Source: a virus
Taxonomy: Duplodnaviria; Caudoviricetes
DNA: 40,954 nt
Reading direction: 5' to 3' (one strand)
IMG/VR virus record: IMGVR_UViG_3300044475_000010
Location: 1-40,954 of that record
Positions 39,844 through 40,954 of the stretch are shown piece after piece. The notes under the pieces were generated by a model. That model was not told where the DNA came from. It did no database searches and saw nothing but the letters and a program-made list of their open reading frames with translations. Every line of letters starts with the position of its first letter. Position 1 is the stretch's first letter. A program made the position numbers and the translations under genes.

Positions 39844-40954
39844 TTACAAGGGTTGAGCGCGTCGGTAGTAGTTACCCTCCCAGCCCGCCCCGATCAGGGC
39901 AAGTGGAGTGGGGTAGCCGGACTGCACCGACACAAGGCAGTTCTCGACATTCGACATCAGGGGGAAGCGGTGCTGGCCCGTGGCCTGGGCATCTTCTCCC
40001 AGGACGTACACACCCAGCTTCTTACCGCTCATGGTGTACGTGTAGGTCTGGTTGACCACCACGTCGAACGCTCCTGAGTTGGAGTAGTTCACCCAGCCCC
40101 GGCGAAGCTGCAAGCGGCCATCGACTTCGCTGCGGGTGCCCTGTTGGTCGGTCACCTTGATGTACAGCTTGCTGAAGTCGTAGCGGAACCGGTAGTACCG
40201 GCCAATGAAGGTTGTTCCCGTCCAGTTCCCCCTTACGGTCACCGTAGCGGTCCCCGTCCAGCCCCCGGCAGGCTGCGCCAGGAACTCACAACGGCCCGTG
40301 GCGGCGTTCACCCACCAGAAGTCCCCAGCGGTCGGAGGGGCCCCGTAGAGGGCCGTCAGGGACACGCTGGTCTCTTGCCGGACAGGATCGTACACGGCAC
40401 CCGTAACGCGCCGCTTGCGGTCCATGAAGAGCCGCATGGGTTCATCCGAGAAGTCCTTCGTGTTCTGGGTGAACTCGATGGATTCCAAGTAGAGCCCGTC
40501 AGGGGTGTTGCGGGTCAGGTACATGACTGCGCCCACCATGTCCGCAGACAGGATGGTCGAGTCCTGGCCGAAGTCCCAGTAGCTCCACGACTGCTGCTGG
40601 AGCAGCTCGTCTTGGTACAGGTACTTGTAGAGGTACAGACGCGACGGGGAGCCATCGGTAAGCACCGTGACGATGTTCTCGGTGGTGCTCGAACCGAGGG
40701 AGAAGACCCCGTTCGGGATGTAGCTCGGGACGTGGGCACTGACATCCTCGGCGTTCTTCACGGCAGAGGTATCGGCAATCACGTAGTACCGGCGCACACT
40801 GGTGTACTGGGCACGCGGGGCAGCGAAATACACCCCACGGCCAGCGGCCACCGGGCGGGCAGCGATGCTCGACTCGAACTCGGTGGACACGTCAACGCGG
40901 ACCGTCTTGATGGACAGGACGCCATCAGCCCGCATGATGAACTGGGTTTGGTCC
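39844..40954 (-). CDS. Tail tubular protein B (gp12-like), C-terminal part continuing from 1-1371
   Basis: Motifs AEDVSAHVPSYIPNG, QQSWSYW, GRLQLRR and WEGNYYRR. Confidence 0.93.
   Translation of the reverse strand, partial: DQTQFIMRADGVLSIKTVRVDVSTEFESSIAARPVAAGRGVYFAAPRAQYTSVRRYYVIADTSAVKNAEDVSAHVPSYIPNGVFSLGSSTTENIVTVLTDGSPSRLYLYKYLYQDELLQQQSWSYWDFGQDSTILSADMVGAVMYLTRNTPDGLYLESIEFTQNTKDFSDEPMRLFMDRKRRVTGAVYDPVRQETSVSLTALYGAPPTAGDFWWVNAATGRCEFLAQPAGGWTGTATVTVRGNWTGTTFIGRYYRFRYDFSKLYIKVTDQQGTRSEVDGRLQLRRGWVNYSNSGAFDVVVNQTYTYTMSGKKLGVYVLGEDAQATGQHRFPLMSNVENCLVSVQSGYPTPLALIGAGWEGNYYRRAQPL
40828..40954. repeat. Terminal direct overlap (assembly artefact), copy 2
   Basis: Identical to 1-127. 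Confidence 0.95.

Noticed and set aside
39844-40935. Truncated or pseudogenised tail tube B (363 aa in the ORF track)
   Set aside because: The gene is intact across the circular junction (784 aa).
1-40954. Integrase, repressor, introns, inteins or homing endonucleases
   Set aside because: None was recognised. The core genes are of normal length and uninterrupted, consistent with a lytic phage.

Overview
This window is a complete, circularly permuted genome of a GC-rich T7-like lytic podophage (Autographiviridae-type). Bases 1-127 are repeated at 40828-40954, which is an assembly overlap, so the unit length is about 40,827 bp. All supported genes are on the minus strand. Starting from the inferred genome end (about 26.5-26.9 kb) and reading downward, the order is: three sigma70 promoters; about 13 small early genes; a gp1.1-like peptide and DNA ligase; a phage promoter and AT-rich repeat tract; single-subunit RNA polymerase; gp1.6-like, dNMP kinase and gp2-like genes; SSB; endonuclease I; amidase endolysin; an inserted two-gene cassette with an SGNH hydrolase; primase/helicase; DNA polymerase; gp5.5- and gp5.7-like genes; exonuclease; gp6.7, gp7 and gp7.3; portal; scaffold; capsid; tail tube A and B (B spans the assembly junction); internal virion proteins A-D; a short tail fibre followed by three small tip-like genes; holin; small and large terminase; and a gp19.5-like peptide. 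Nine phage promoters with consensus AATTAACCCCCACTATA are visible. The most unusual observations are: three DnaA boxes around the right-end (phiOR-like) promoter, an SGNH esterase cassette next to the endolysin, a consensus phage promoter directly upstream of the RNAP gene with the ligase moved upstream, no recognisable spanin genes, and a split multi-gene tail fibre. Family assignments come from motifs and recalled T7 sequences; no database searches were run.
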